A stretch of DNA of 61,312 nucleotides, the filler included, from Rhizaria sp. SCN 62-66 (taxonomy: Eukaryota), in the NCBI GenBank assembly GCA_001724265.1. It is 3 parts of 3 records of this genome, joined end to end, with 100 filler letters (N's around TTAATTAATTAA, not from the genome) between each part and the next. Parts side by side here need not be neighbours in the genome. Positions count along the whole stretch, not along the records: positions 1 to 29,656 come from MEDY01000487.1; 2 more parts are not named here. The stretch is one strand, 5' to 3'. Below are positions 11,928 to 25,300 of the stretch, piece by piece. The position numbers were made by a program, and so were the translations under genes. How positions within the stretch are numbered: position 1 is the stretch's first letter; each line of letters opens with the position of its first letter. The notes beneath the pieces are model-generated. The model did no database searches and was not told the origin of the DNA. It saw nothing but the letters and a program-made list of their open reading frames with translations.

Positions 11928-12977
11928 TCAGACGAAGCCGCTCTTGGCGAGGAGCGTGCGGTAGGTCTCGACAGCGCCGAAGAAGACGCTGCCGCCGATG
12001 GTGATCCACATGACGCGCGGCGCGACGCCCGCAAAGAGGCTCTTAGCGCCGCCCTCTGCAGCCACGCGGCGCGCGCAGTCTGCGACGCCTGCGTACGGCA
12101 CGCCCGCGGCGTCGCGGCCGAGCATGAGACGCGTGCGTACGACGTCGATGGGCGTCGTGGCCGCCGCGCTGATGCCGCCCGCCACCGAGCCGCATAGCGC
12201 GGCGTGCAGCGGCGATAGCGCCGCGGCAGCCCACAGCGGGTCCGCGGCCCGCGCCGCGCTCGCAGTCATGCCCGCGCCCGCCTCGGCCGAGAAGGCCTTG
12301 CTGGCTGTGCTGCTGGTACTGTGCAGGAGCGCGTGGTAGCGGCGCGTGTGCCAGTGGCGCTTGAGGGCCTCGTACATGGGGAACTGGAGGATGGAAAAAG
12401 GCACGTCGCGCAGGATGGTGACGCCGAAGCCCGTGTACAGGCCCGACCCGCGGACGATGTGGGGCGTCGCGGCCGCAGCCGCAGAAGCAGCCGCAGCAGC
12501 AGCCGAGGGAGCGGCCGCAGCAGCGGGGGCGGGCAGGGGCTTGGTCTTGACAAGCGACGCGATGGCCTCGGTCATAGAGTTGACAGCGCCAGACTGCATG
12601 CGCACCTTGACGTTGTCAGTGGGGACGCGCACCAGGCACGCAGCGACCTCGCCCAAGGACGCGGCGACCATGTTCGCAAGGTAAACCTGCGAGCCAGAGG
12701 CTGCGGCGCCGCCGTTTGAGCGTTCGCAGGCAAGGGTAAGTGCCTGGCGCGTGGTATCGTAGGCAGTAAAGAAAAGAGCTGATGAGGGCGCGGAGCCGAG
12801 GGCGACGGAGTTAAGGCCCTTGTAGATGCCCTTGAAGCCGCCAGCCTGGAAGAAGCCCTGCGGAGCCTGCAGACGGGTCTTGATCGTGTCCAGAGGAAAC
12901 AGCGCCACGTCAACAGTAGTGCCGGCAAGACCGCCGGCGAGCAGGGAGACGAGGGATGGAATTTTGGGCTCGCTCAT
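11928..12977 (-). CDS. SLC25A26: mitochondrial carrier protein, S-adenosylmethionine carrier type (SLC25A26/SAM5)
   Basis: Three PxD/ExxK/R carrier repeats: FPLDTIKTRLQ, VPTDNVKVRMQ, TPIDVVRTRLM. Subfamily-like motifs LLAGGLAGTTVDVALFP, GGFKGIYKGL, GEVAACLVRVP, RDVPFSILQFPMYE, PRVMWITIGGSVFFG. Ends TGA. Confidence 0.9.
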   Translation of the reverse strand: MSEPKIPSLVSLLAGGLAGTTVDVALFPLDTIKTRLQAPQGFFQAGGFKGIYKGLNSVALGSAPSSALFFTAYDTTRQALTLACERSNGGAAASGSQVYLANMVAASLGEVAACLVRVPTDNVKVRMQSGAVNSMTEAIASLVKTKPLPAPAAAAAPSAAAAAASAAAAATPHIVRGSGLYTGFGVTILRDVPFSILQFPMYEALKRHWHTRRYHALLHSTSSTASKAFSAEAGAGMTASAARAADPLWAAAALSPLHAALCGSVAGGISAAATTPIDVVRTRLMLGRDAAGVPYAGVADCARRVAAEGGAKSLFAGVAPRVMWITIGGSVFFGAVETYRTLLAKSGFV

Positions 12978-13366
12978 CACGGACGGGCTGCGGTTGGTTG
13001 AGGGTGACGAGTCGGGGAGCGGTGAGTGCGTGCATGGGAAGAAAAAGAAGTAATTCAGCAGTGCGTAAATAAAAAAATAAAAAAATACAACTATATCAAG
13101 TCATAACACGACAAGCTGCACGAATTGACGAACTTTTCACGACGCTCGGCAATGTGCAAGAAAGGCCGTGAGTCCCCCACAATGCACCACCATCCCCGTT
13201 TTCGGATTTTGCCAGTGGCAACCACATCCACCACAAATAGTTCATGTGACTATTTCAAGTTGAATATGTTCGGAATTTAGCGTGGATCAATAAAATAATA
13301 TGTATTTACTCGGGAAAATAGTCAAATATACGGGTTTCTTTTAATTTACTTGACATTACGTCGACG

Positions 13367-16300
13367 TTACTGTTGAGGCTGATCGTTGCTATCGTCTGCC
13401 ACCTTCGAGTCCTCCTCGTTGTTGTTCACGTTGTTGTCACCATTGTTGTCAGTGGTTGCATCAGCATCGGTACGCACTGATGCAGGCCGTGCGCGCTTCA
13501 CAGCTTGACTCACATCCTCCTCGTTGCTGTCACTTATCTGAACACTTGCGTTGTTGCTGTTATCGGCAGTGCTGTCATCGTCGTTCTCAGCCGCAGCGGC
13601 TTCGATCGCAGCCGCAGCCGCACTCGCTCTCGTGCCCACGCCCTCAAACCCATCATCATCGTCGTCGTCACCATCGTCGTTGTGGCCTTCAGCAGCAGCG
13701 CTGCCAGCAACAGACTCTTCGCGCGCACGCTTCAGCCCCCGGCCAGTGTGCGCCGCGTTGAAGTTGGCAGCGGCGGCGGCGGCGGCGTGGCTGGTGATGG
13801 TCGCCGTTGTCGCCGCGCTGAGGCTCGCGGCGGTGAGCCCCGAGCCCTGCCCCAGCGCCGCCAGCAGCCCCAGCCCGCCGCCGCCGGCCTCGACGCCGGT
13901 CGTCCCCAGCGGCGCCGGCGCGAAGCGGCTGCCCACGGCCAGCGCGACCGCGGCGTTGGCAGCCGCGGCGGCACGGGCGCTTGAGGCGCTCTCGGCGGCC
14001 GCGGCGCTCGACTCGCCGCCGGGGGCCGCGCTGCTGGTGCCGTCGATGCTGTCGGTGTTGATGGGGGCGAGCGCGAAGGGCAGCGGCAGCGGGAGCGACA
14101 CGTCGGCTCTGCCGCTGTCGCCGGCGCCGTTCGCAGTCGTGGCGCTGCTGTCTGCGGGGCCGGCAGCCGGCGAATGCAGGCGACTTACGTTCGCGCTCGC
14201 GTTGGTGCTGGCGGCGACGACGGCTTCGGCCACGCTCGCAGGCGCAGTGTGGGCCCCACTCGCGGCGGCGGCGGCGGCGACCGCGGTGGCGGCGGCGGCG
14301 AGGCTGGAGCTGAGCTGGCCGGCCGCTCTGGCGCTGAAGCTGGGCGTCGCGGGGGGCGAGGCCGCGCGCGAGCCCGCGTCCGCGATTGGCTGGTGCTGCT
14401 GGAGCTGGTGCTGCTGCTCGTAGTGGGTGTAGGCCGCGTTGTCGGCTATCAGGCCGGCGAGCTCGCGAGTCATGCCAGCGCCGGCCGCGGTGTCGGCCGC
14501 GTCCGAGGCGCCGGCGGAGCGCAGCTTGACCTCAAGGGCCTTCTCAGCGCTGTTGGCCGCACTGCTGCTGCTGCTGTCGACGCCGCTGGGGGTGGCGGGC
14601 ACGGCGGCAGGGATGCGCATCTTCGCGTTGTCCCCGTCGTCCATAGCCACCGAGGCAGACGTGTCGCCCGCGGCGTCGTCGGCCGCGCCGCTCGACTGGG
14701 TGCTCACAGCGCTGTCGTTGCTGAGGCTCTTGCTGTGGAGGCCGGAGCGCGCTCTGGCGTCCGCGGCCGAAAGGAATCCGCTCGCGCTCGTCGCCAGCAC
14801 CGTCGCGCCCAGCGCGGCGCCGCCGGTGCGGCCCGCGGTCGCCGGCGAGCCCGCAGTGGCAAGGTTGGTGCTGTTGGCGCTCACGCCCGCGGCGCTCATG
14901 CCCGCGGCGCTGGTGGCCGTGGTGAAGGCGGGGGGCGGACTGGCGCCCGTGACGAGCTGCGCAAGCGGGCTGGCGCCGCCGACGAAGGCCGCGACGTCAT
15001 CGCCGTACGAGCCGCAGAGCGAGGCCGCGGCGGGCGTGTACGCCGTGTTGACCCGCCGCGCGGCCGAGTCGATCGATGTCGCGCCCGAGGTCGCGGACGT
15101 GGCGACGGTCACCGTGGGGCCCTGCGGCGGGTTCGCCAGCAGCGCGCCGGACGCCGACTGCGACAACGCGGACCAAAACGGCGTGCCCGCGGCCACGATG
15201 GCCGCCATCCACGCCGACTGCGGGTTCACGGCCGCCGCGCCCGCCGCCGCCGTGGCCGCGATGGCCGAGGATGACAGCGCGACAGCGCCCGACGCGGGCG
15301 GCGCGGTCAGCGTGGCCAGCAGCGCGTAGGCGCGGATGCGGCTCGCGGCGGGCGACAGCACGTGCGCCGCCGGGTGCGCCATCTGCAGCGCCAGCGTCGA
15401 CCCGTGCGACTGCGCCGCCACGCCCACGCCCGTCCCAGGGCCCAGCAACATAGACTGCGCCTGCGCCTGCGCACCCGCGCTGCCGGGGACGTTGAGCGCG
15501 GCGGCGACGGCCTGGTGCGGGCGGAACGAGTGCAGCAGCGTCGAGAACAGGCAGCGGCTGCCGGACCCAGAGCCCGCAGAAACGCCCCCAGTGATCGCGT
15601 TCGTACCAGAGACGTTTCCACCGGCACTGACCCCGGGGCGTGAGAGGCCGGCAACTGAGAGCAGGTCGCTCGCAGCGGTGCTACCGCCGCTGCCGCCGGC
15701 GACGGCGCCGACGGGCGTCGCCGAGGCGGCGGTGGCCGTGGCGGGCGCGAGCGAGGTCAGCGCGAAGCCGGAGCCCGCCGCGCCAATCACGCCCGTGCCA
15801 ACCACGCCCGCGCCGGCCGGGACAGCGCTCGCGCCGGAGCTAGAGCCGCTGCTGGGGAGCGCGAAAGATGCGCCCGCAGTGCGCAGTGCCGCGCTGGCGT
15901 CACCGGCGGCAGTCGCGCCGCCGCTGTGGCTGCCGTGGCGGCGCGCGGCGGCGGCGGAGGCGCCCCAGCCGCCGGTGCCGGTGCCGGTGCTGGTGCAGGC
16001 GCCGAGCAGGCCGAGCGAGGCCACGGCGGCGGGGTTCACCGCGCCGGCGGCCATGACGAGCGCGGCGAGCGAAGACGCGCCGCCGTGACCGCCGGGGACC
16101 GCGGCAGCGGGCGCGGCGAGCATCGAGATGAGCGGCGCGAGCCCGCCGCCCGAGCCGCCGTGGAGGGACACGGCGGCTTGCGCCAGCGGGGGCGTGGCGG
16201 CCGCCGAGGACGAGGACGAGGAGAGCACGGTGCCGAAGAAGGCGGGTGGCGTGCGCGAGTGCGCGTAGGGGCCCGGGCCGACGCCGACGGAGAAGAGCGC

Positions 16301-19300
16301 CGCGCGCGACGGCAGACAAGACAGCGCGGACGTAAGCGTCAGCGCTAGGGACAGGTCCAGTACGTACTTGGCCGTGACCGCGGTGAGCGCGGAACTGCGG
16401 CGGCCCAGCGACAGGCGCGGCGCCGACAGACTGCGACGGCTGTTGCTGCTGTTGCTGCTACTAGCAGAGGCGGATGCGAGACGCGAGCGCTTGACGCGAG
16501 CCCCGTTCTCAGTGTCGACCTCAACGACATCCCCGGAGTCCGCACCGCTCGCGCTCGCGCTGGCCACGAGCGCGGGCGCATAGGCCGAGACGAGGCTGAG
16601 CCGCTGCGCCAGCGCCGCGGGCGTCACGGCCTCGGCCTCAGCGCCGCGCTTGGCGCGCACCGCGGCCCGCGGCGGCGCCGGGCCGAAGCCCTCGACCGTG
16701 GCGCTGGCCCGCGCCCGCGCCAGCGCGCGCGCGTGCGCACCCGCCCGCGGCCGCGAGACAGCGGCGGCAGCGCCATCGTGCGGAACACGTGGGGGCGCGC
16801 GTGGAACGGGTACAGCGCGCGGTACTCGCGCAGCTGCGCACGCTGCGCGCGACGGGCCTTGCGGGCGGCCGCGGCAGCCGCAGTCGCAGTGTGCTTGCCA
16901 GCGGCGCAAACAGCGCCGTCGGTGTCGCTGTCATCGCAGTCGGACTCGGACTCGGTGTCGTACTCGGCGTCGCTCGAGTTGTAGCACTCGCTGTCGTCGT
17001 CATTGCGCACACTCTCGGCGGCCGTGGCGGCCGCGGCGGGCGGCGGCAGCGCGCAGTCGTGGAGCGCGGTCCAGCGGCCCGCCAGCGCGTCGTCGTCCTC
17101 GGCACCCGCCGCGCCGTACGCGCCGCGGCCCAGCAGCGCCTCCAGGTCCAGCCCCAGCCCGGCAGCGGCGATCGACAGGTCGCGCGTCAGCGCGCCGCGC
17201 GCGCGGCGACGGGCCTCGGCGCGCTCCTCCGCGCTCACAACGCCCGTGGCAGCGAGAGCGGCGTCGGCGTGGGCCTCGGCGGCGGCCTCGGCGGCGGCGA
17301 GCGTCTGCAGCGCCGAGACGACGGCGGCCGTGTGCAGGGGGTTGCCCTCGACGGCCTTAAGCGCGGCCGCGGCGCCCGCGTCGGTAGCCAGCAGCACGGC
17401 GGCGGGGGACGCCAGCGGGCCCGTGATGCCGGTGCACACCGCGGCCACCACGGCAGCCGTCACGGCGGCGCGGTGCTGCGCCAGCGCGGCGGGCGTGACG
17501 AGGGACGCAGGCAACAGGGTGAAGCGGGTCGAGCCCTGGCCGATCGGCGCAATCGCAGGTACGGACACACCGGCAGAACCGCCGTTGGTAGGCGACGGCG
17601 ACTGGGACGACGACGACGGAGACGCGGCGGCCGCAGCGGCGGCGGCGGCGGCGGCGGCGTGCGCGCGGTGCGCGGCGGCGGCGCCCTTCTTCTTGGATCC
17701 CGGCAGCGGCGGCAGCGACAGCGACGCGGGTAGCACCGCGGGCGCAGCGGCCGCGCCGGCGCACGGGCTAGCGCTCGCGCTCGCGCTCGCGCTGGGGCTC
17801 ACGCTGGCGGCGGCGGTGGCGGCGGCGGTGGCGGCGGCGGTGGCGGCGGCGGTGGCGGCTGCAGCGGAGGCGGCGGCGGCGGAGGTCGCGGCGACGTAGG
17901 CCGTGGCGCTGTTAGGGCCCGTGCCCGAGGACAGCTTCTGCTTGCTCTCGATCACGCTCGTCGTGGCGGCGCGCAGCTCGGCGTCGTAGAGCGGGTCCGG
18001 CACGAAGAGCGCGCGCGCAAAGACCGCGGCGAAGGGCAGCGACGGGTGCGACAAGAGCGCCTGCGTGAACGAGGCTGACAGCGCCAGCGACACGGCCGGG
18101 CCCGGGGCCGTGCCCGCCGCCGCAGCGGCAGCGGCGGCGGCAACGCTGTTGTTGACGCGGGGCTTGGCGGTGAAGCGAGGGCGCCCGGTCGCAGTCACAG
18201 GCGCCGTCGCAGACGCCGTCGCGTTAGCGGTGGCGGCAGGCGCGGCAGAGACTGTGTCGGCCTCGGTCTCGCTATCACTGCAGCTCGCGCTGGCGTTGGC
18301 GTTGGCATTGGCATTGGCATTGGCACTCAGCTGCGCGGCGAGCCGGGCCGCGGCCGGCGTCGGGCCGGCGCGGGGACTGGCATCTGGGCTCGCGCCCGCG
18401 CTCGCGGCGGGTGAGTACGCCTGCGCGATCGAGTGCCCGTCGGCCGCGCGCCACGCGCCCGACACGGACACGCCCGTTTCAGCGGCGGCGGCGGCGAGCA
18501 CGGCGGCGGCGCCCGTGGCCGCCGCGTCGGCCACGGGCAGGGGCAGCGGGCACGGCAGCGGCAGCGCGTCGGCGACGGCGGCGACGGCCACCGCGGTGGC
18601 GGCGGCGGCGGCGCTGCTCTTGGCCTCCGCAGCCGCAGCCGCAGCCGCAGCGGCCGCGTTGGCGTTCACAGACGCCGCAGCGCCGGCGGGGGCGAGAGCG
18701 CCCTTGCCGGTGGCCACTGCGGCGGCGGCAGCAGCGGCGGCAGCGACGGCGGCCGCCGTGGCTGCCACTGCGGCCGCCGTGGCGGCGTCGGGGCCGGCGC
18801 GGCGCGTCTTGCCCTTCTTGCCGTTCTTCTTGGCGCGGCGGGCGGCGGCCTCGGCGGCAGCGGCGGCCTCGGCGGCGGCGGCCGCGTGCGCCTGCAGGTC
18901 GGCCGCGGTGGGCAGCACGGGCGGCAGCACTGCCGCCAGCGCGGCGGGGCGCAGGACAGGCCCCAGCGCCAGGTCGGCCGACGCGGCGGCCGCCAGTGCG
19001 AGCGCCAGCGCGTCAGGGGTCGCGACCAGGGTGTCGTGGTCGCCCGCGGCCATTGCAGCTACCGCGCGACAGCCGCTGCTGTTATGATTACTCGCACTCA
19101 CACTCGCACTCGCGGCAGCGCTGCTGCTGTTGGCGCTTGCGCTCGCGTTGGTGAGCGGAGAGGTGATGTCGAGCGCGTGCGAGAGCAGCGACACGCACTC
19201 GTACTCGCTCACGCCGACCATGGTGCCGTAGCCGCCGCGCGCCGCGGCCGCGGCGGCCGCCGCCGTGTCTGCCGCGGCGAGGTGCGTGGCGCCCGCGACG

Positions 19301-22300
19301 ACGACGGGCAGCGGGCGCACCGCGGCGGCGCTGGCGGCGGCGCCCGGCACGAGCACGCCGAGCGTGGTCTGCACCGTCTGCGTCACCGCGCCGGGGTTGT
19401 TGTGCACCTGCAGGTACGCGCCGTGCGCGCCGCCCGCCGCGGGCGCCGTGGGCGGGTTCGAGGGGCCCGCGTCGAGCGAGGACTGGTACGTCGCCACGTT
19501 GGCCAGCTGCGCGTCAGACGCGCTCTGGCCGGGGCAGACCAGCGCCTGCGGGCCACGGTGCTGCGCGGGACCCGCGGCAGCGGCGGCCGCCGCGGCCGCG
19601 GCGGCTGAGGCGCCCTTCTTGTGGCTCTTGGCCGGGCGCGACGACGAGGACGCAGAGGAGCCAGAGCCCGCGGCACCTTTAGCGCCACCGCTGGCGTTGC
19701 TGGCGTAGGTGGGCGTCATGGTGAGTGTGACGACGGGGATGGTGGCCGCTGTGACCGTGGGCACGTATGCGCCGCCGAGGCCCGCACCCACAGTCACCAG
19801 CGCGCCGGTCGCGGGCCCGCCACTGCCGCCGACTGCGATGCCGCACTGGGGCGGCGGCATGGCTGTGGACTGCTGCGAGCTGGACAGCACGGCGGCGGCC
19901 GCGGCCTCGACCGCGCGCAGCGACGCCGCGGCCGCCGAGGGCAGCGTGGCGGCGGCCGCGGCCGCAGCGGCGGACGCGGAGGTCACGTGTGCGAGCGCGG
20001 CGCTCAGCGCGGGCGGCACGCGCGGGGGCGCAGTCGCTCCCGCGCCAGCGCCAGTGGAGCCCCCGCCGATTGCGGCAGAGGCGGCGGAGGCGAATGTCGA
20101 CGCGCTGCTGTTGGCTGCGCCGGCGATTGCGTTGTTGCCCGCGGCAGCGTTGGCACCCGACGCTGCGGCGGCGGCAGCAGCAGTTGCGGCGGCGGCGGCG
20201 GCGGCGGCGGTGGTGGTGCCGAGCGGCGGGGGCAGGCCGGCGGCAAGCGCGGCGGCGGCGGCGGTGGCCGCGGCTGCGGCGGCTGCGGCGGCGGCGGGCG
20301 CGGGGGCGTACACAGTGTCCTCGCCGCCGGTCACGGTCACCACGAGCTTGCCGCCGGTGACGGCACGGCCGGCACCCGTGGAGTTCGCACTCGCGCTCGC
20401 GATGGAGCTAGAGCTGGAGCTGGAGGTGTTGCCGTCGGCTTCCGCAGCGTGAGCGTTGGTGTGGACGACGACTGAGGGACACAGCGTGCCTGCGGCGGCC
20501 GCGGCGGCCGTGGCGCCCTGGGCGACCGCGAGCGCCGTGGCCGAGGCCGCGCTGCCCGTGGCTGACGCGCTGTGCCCGCCGTGCCCGCCGTGGCCGTAGC
20601 CATACCCCGCCGCCGCGGCGGCCGCGGCGCTCTGGCCCGCAGAGGCCACGGTCGCCGTCGCCGCCGCGCCCAGCAGCGAGCCCGCGGCGCGGCCGGGCAC
20701 GCGCAGCGGGGGGCCGCGCACCGTCGACGGCGGGGGCGGCGCGCCGCGCGCGGGCGCCGCGGCCGCCGCGATGGCCGTGGCGGCGGCGGCAGCGGCGGCC
20801 GAGTTGGGAAGCGGCGGCATGAGCGTCACTGACGGCTGCGGAGGCGGCCCCTGCGCCGCCGAGGCCGCGGTCGGCAGCAGCGGGCCCGCGGCCAGCGCGC
20901 ACGCCGCGGCCGATGAGACGGCGGCCAGCAGCGAGAGGTCGCTCGTGGGCGCCAGCGGCGGCTCGGGCTTGACGCCGACACTGGCGCAGGCGCTGTCGGC
21001 AGCTGCGGCCAGAGAAGACTCAGTTTTAACATCGTTGCTACTGCTGCTGCTGCTGCCGCTGCTGCTGTTGCTGCTGCTGCCGCCAATGCTGTTCTCGACC
21101 TTAATTCTGTCGTCGCCGTCGTCCATGCTCTTGGCCACGACAGCCACGGCCGCAGTCTCGCCGCCGCCGTGCGCGGCCGCGGGCAGCAGGCGCTCGGCGG
21201 GCGTGGCGAGCGTCTCCCTGAGCGCGACGGCGAGGAAGCCCGCCGAGACGGCCGCGCCGGGCGCCGTAGTGGGCAGCCCACGCGACGTCAGCCCCGGCGC
21301 ACGGGACAGCGCGGCCTGCGCGGCGCCGGCAAGCGCGCTGTCGAGTGCGGCGGCCGCGGAGCTGGGCACCGAGGCCGCCAGCGCGACCGCCGCGGCCGTG
21401 GCAGCGGCGGCCGCGGCCGCGGGGTCGGCGGACAGACCAGCGACAGCGCCAGCGCCAGTGCTCGCGGCAGTGGCGGTCGCAGGGGCAGCGACGGCGGCCG
21501 CGCCGACGGGGCCGATCGCACTGCCGGGGATCGCGCCGACCGCCGTGGTTGTCGCGGCGGCGGCGTTGTCGGTCTTGACGAGCACGGCCGCGAGCGCCGC
21601 CGCAGCCGAGGTCGCAGCGGCGGCGGAGGGCACCGCGGGCGCCGCAGCGGGATCGCCCGCCGCGGCCGCTGCAGCCACCGCCGCGGCGGACGCCGCGGCG
21701 GCGGCTGTGGCGACGGCGGCCGTGCCCGTGACGGCGGGCGCGTAGGAGAGCGTGAGCAGCGGGTGCGAGGGCGGCAGCGACAGTACAGTGGCGCTGGTGA
21801 CGGAGCCTATGCCGCCGACGCTGCCCGCGCCCGCGCCCTGGCCCGCCGAGCCCTGGCCTTGGCCCTGGTTGCCGCTGCCGCCGCCGCCGGGCGCGCTGGC
21901 GCCGGCGCCCGCGCCCGAGGCGACGCCGCCCCAGGCGTCGACGCGGCGACGCACGCTCGCGGCTTTGAGCAGCACCTTGTACGACACTGTCTGCTTGGAC
22001 ATGTAGTAGTAAGAGATGCACTCCTGCGTCGTCTTGTTGGGCAGGAAGGTCGAGATCTTGGCGTAGTTCTTGGGGTATTTGACAAAGCGCTTGGCGAAGA
22101 TGGCCTTCTCCTCCTCGCTCCAGGGATTCTGTTGCGCGATCCAGCTGTCATGTGCGTCCATGTCCGCGATGTAGCCGTTGTTGTTGACGAAGACCTTCTC
22201 GCGGCGCTGGTGTGGGCACAGCATCTGCTCCGTGGGCGCCGTCTCGCTGATGATGTACCTCATGTCGATCACCTCGCCGCTGCGGTGCACGCCGAACAGC

Positions 22301-25300
22301 GGGCCCGGCTCCACCGCGCCCTCCGCGCCCGCCGCCGCGCCCGCGCCCGCGCCCGCGGAGGCCGAGGCCGAGGCGCTGAAGTGTGGACCGGCCACAGCGG
22401 GCGCGCCGGCCATGGCGGCCGCGTGCGCCGCCGCCGCGGCCGTGGCGCCGCCGCCGGCCTGCAGGACCGCCGCGGTGCCCGCCACGGTGAGCAGGTTCGC
22501 GCCCGCGGGGATCGCGGGGGGCGCGTCGCCCGGAGTCGGCTCGGTCGACTCGAGCAGGCTCGGCGCAGACGGCAGCGCTGCGGCGGCTGAGACGGCCGAC
22601 GCGGCGGCGGTCGCTGCGGCGGCTGAGGCGGCCGCGGTGCTGCCGGCCTGCGCTAGAGCCGCGGCGTTGCCGGAGGCGGAGGCCGCGCGCCGCTGCTGCC
22701 TACGCGTCGAGCCCGCGCCCGCATGAGCGCCATTCGAGGCCGCAGAGGAGGAGGATGAGGGTGCGGCGGTGGCGGCGGCGGCCTCGGCGGCGGCGGCGGC
22801 GGCGCGCTCAGCCCGCTCCGCGGAAGCCACGGCAGCGGCGTGCTCCATGTGCGCGCCCGCGTCGCCCAGCGCGCCCACGCCGCCCCAGCCGTGCAGCGAG
22901 AACACCGGGCTCGCACCGTAGTGGAGAGGCGGGGGCAGCCGGCCCGCGCCGACGCCCGCGCCGGCCTCGGGCGCGGGGGGCGCGACAGGCACCGTGGCGT
23001 TAAAGCCCAGTCCCTCGACGCGCGCGACTGCGGCCGCAGCAGCGACGGTGGCGATGGCCGAGGCGTTGGCGGCAACGGCAGCGGCTGAGTTGGCGGCAAC
23101 GGCGGCAGCCTCGGTCGCGGCCTCGGCCTCAAGCAGCTGGTGCAAGAAGGCCTCGGCGGGCGGCGCGTCTGGCGGCAGCTGCTGCGTGTCGAGCTCGTGC
23201 TGATACTGCACGAATTGAGCGTGCACCAGGTGGTGGTGCTGGTAATGCTGCTGGAACACGCCCTCGGCGGCCTCGGCGGCGTCGGCGGCCGCGATCGCGG
23301 CATCCGCGGCCGCCTGCGCCGCCGTCTCGTCGTCTAGCGCGAGCGCGCGCACGGGCCGCGGCAGCGAGCCGGAGCCCAAGCGGTGGCCCAGCAGCACCAG
23401 CTCGGCCGCGCCACGCACCGCGCCCGGCGGCCCCGCGCGCAGCGCCGCGTCGGCGAGCCTCGCGCTCGCGGCCGTCTGCGGCAGCGCCGCGCCGGGCGTC
23501 AGCGTCGGCTGCCCGGCAGCCGCGGCCAGGTCCAGCGCGGCCACCGAGAGCAGCCCGGCGGCGCGCGCGGGCGTGGGGCGCGCGAAGAGCGTCACCAGCC
23601 GGTGCGCGGCGGCAACCTTGGTGAGCTTGGCGTGCGCGGCCGTGAGGCGGTGGCAGCGCGCCAGCAGCGCGCGGCGGCGCCGGTGAAGCTCGGCGTGCAC
23701 GCGCGCGTGGCCGCTCACCGTCGCCGCGGCCGTCGCCAGCGGCAGCTGCGCGCGCGCGGCGGCCAGCGTGGCCTCGGCAGTGGCCACGGAGACGGCGTCG
23801 TCGTACCCCATGCATCCACTGATGCCCTCAGATACACCCGCACTCGCACTCGAGCTAGAGCTAGAGCTGTTCTTGTTCACGCCTGCGTTGGCGGTGGCGA
23901 TGGCGGCGTTGAGAGCGGCGGTGGCGGCGTCAACATCGGCCATCGCGGCGGCCACCGCGGTTGCGTGCACCGCGGCGGTCGCCGTCACGGCGGCGGCGGC
24001 CGGGGGCGGCGCCACGGCCACAGTCACCGTCACCGTGCCGTCACCGGCAGCCACACCGCCGCCGGCGTTCGCGGCGGCGACGCGGCGCCTGACGACGGTG
24101 GCGGGCATGCCGGGGACCGTGGGCAGCGGGAAGGCGGGCGCGAACATAGGGTGCGTGTACAGAGGCGCCAGCGGGAGGCCCGCGAAAGTGGGCTGCGTCG
24201 CCAGCGCCGCCGCGGCCGCAGCGCCGCCGGGGGTCGCCAGCAGCGTCGCATCGCTCGCACTCGCACTAGAAGCACTGTTTGCATTAGCGTTGTTGATGAT
24301 CTGCGTCGTGGTGTCGCCCTGGAAGGGCCGCGACCACTCTGCAATTACGAGGCGCGCAGAGAGGGCACTGGGCGCCATGGGTACCAGGCTCGCGGGCGGC
24401 ACAGTCAAACCGCCGTTGTGCGATGAAACAGCGCTCGCGCCGTTGCTGCTGCCGTTGGCGGAGGCGCGGAGCCACGCGGGGATGGCGGGCGCCATCTCCG
24501 CGCGCGAGGCGGCTACACGGAGCGCGTTGCCGGCCTGGACCACGTCCACCAGCGACTGCCCCTTGCGCACAGAGACAACCGCGCTGTCGTTGTTCGCATT
24601 GCTAACGGTGACTGAGTGGGCCGAGTAGTGCGGGTGGCGCTCCGCCCAGGCAGCGTCCTGCACGTGCGTGAAGGCGCTTACACCGTGTAAGGGGGCCGCG
24701 CGCAGCGCCTGCTGACGGGATAGCGCGGCCTGGCCAGCCGCGGACGCCGATGAAAGCGCCGGCATCGCGCTGCTGTCGCTGATACTGAGATTCACATCAG
24801 ACTCGTACGCGGACTTCGCATTTGTCTCAGCCTTTACAAGGTTCTCAGCGCTAGAGGCAGCACCGACGACCGCGGCCGGCAGCGCCTGTTCCCAGGCACG
24901 AGCAACCGTCTCCCACTGCTGCACCAGCGCGGACAACGCACGCAGCGCAGACTTTTTAGGAACCGCAACCGAGGCGCTGTTCCACTGCCCCGTGGCGCTG
25001 CGGTCGAGCCGCGCCAGCGCCAGTGACCGCGAGCGCGACTGACCGTGGGCGTGGCCGTGGGTTTGACTGAGGGAGGAGAGGAGCGCGGCGGCGGCGGCGT
25101 CGCGGGCGGCGCGGCAGCTTACCCAGGCCTCGGGCAGGCCATTCACCGAACTTGCACTCGTGGTCGCATACACGCTCGCGCTCGCGCTTGCACTCGAGTT
25201 GTTCACATGAGAGCTCGTGGCGCAGTCCCAGTCGCCCTCGGGAGTCATCGTCAACTGCTGTTGCTGTTGCTGTGGCTGTTGCTGCTGAGAACGGCAGTAT

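Noticed and set aside
16703-16741. A ~37-nt GTGCGC...CCAG intron to explain the SANT-gene frame change
   Set aside because: Removal leads into the wrong frame, and the segment is far shorter and more GC-rich than the other introns.
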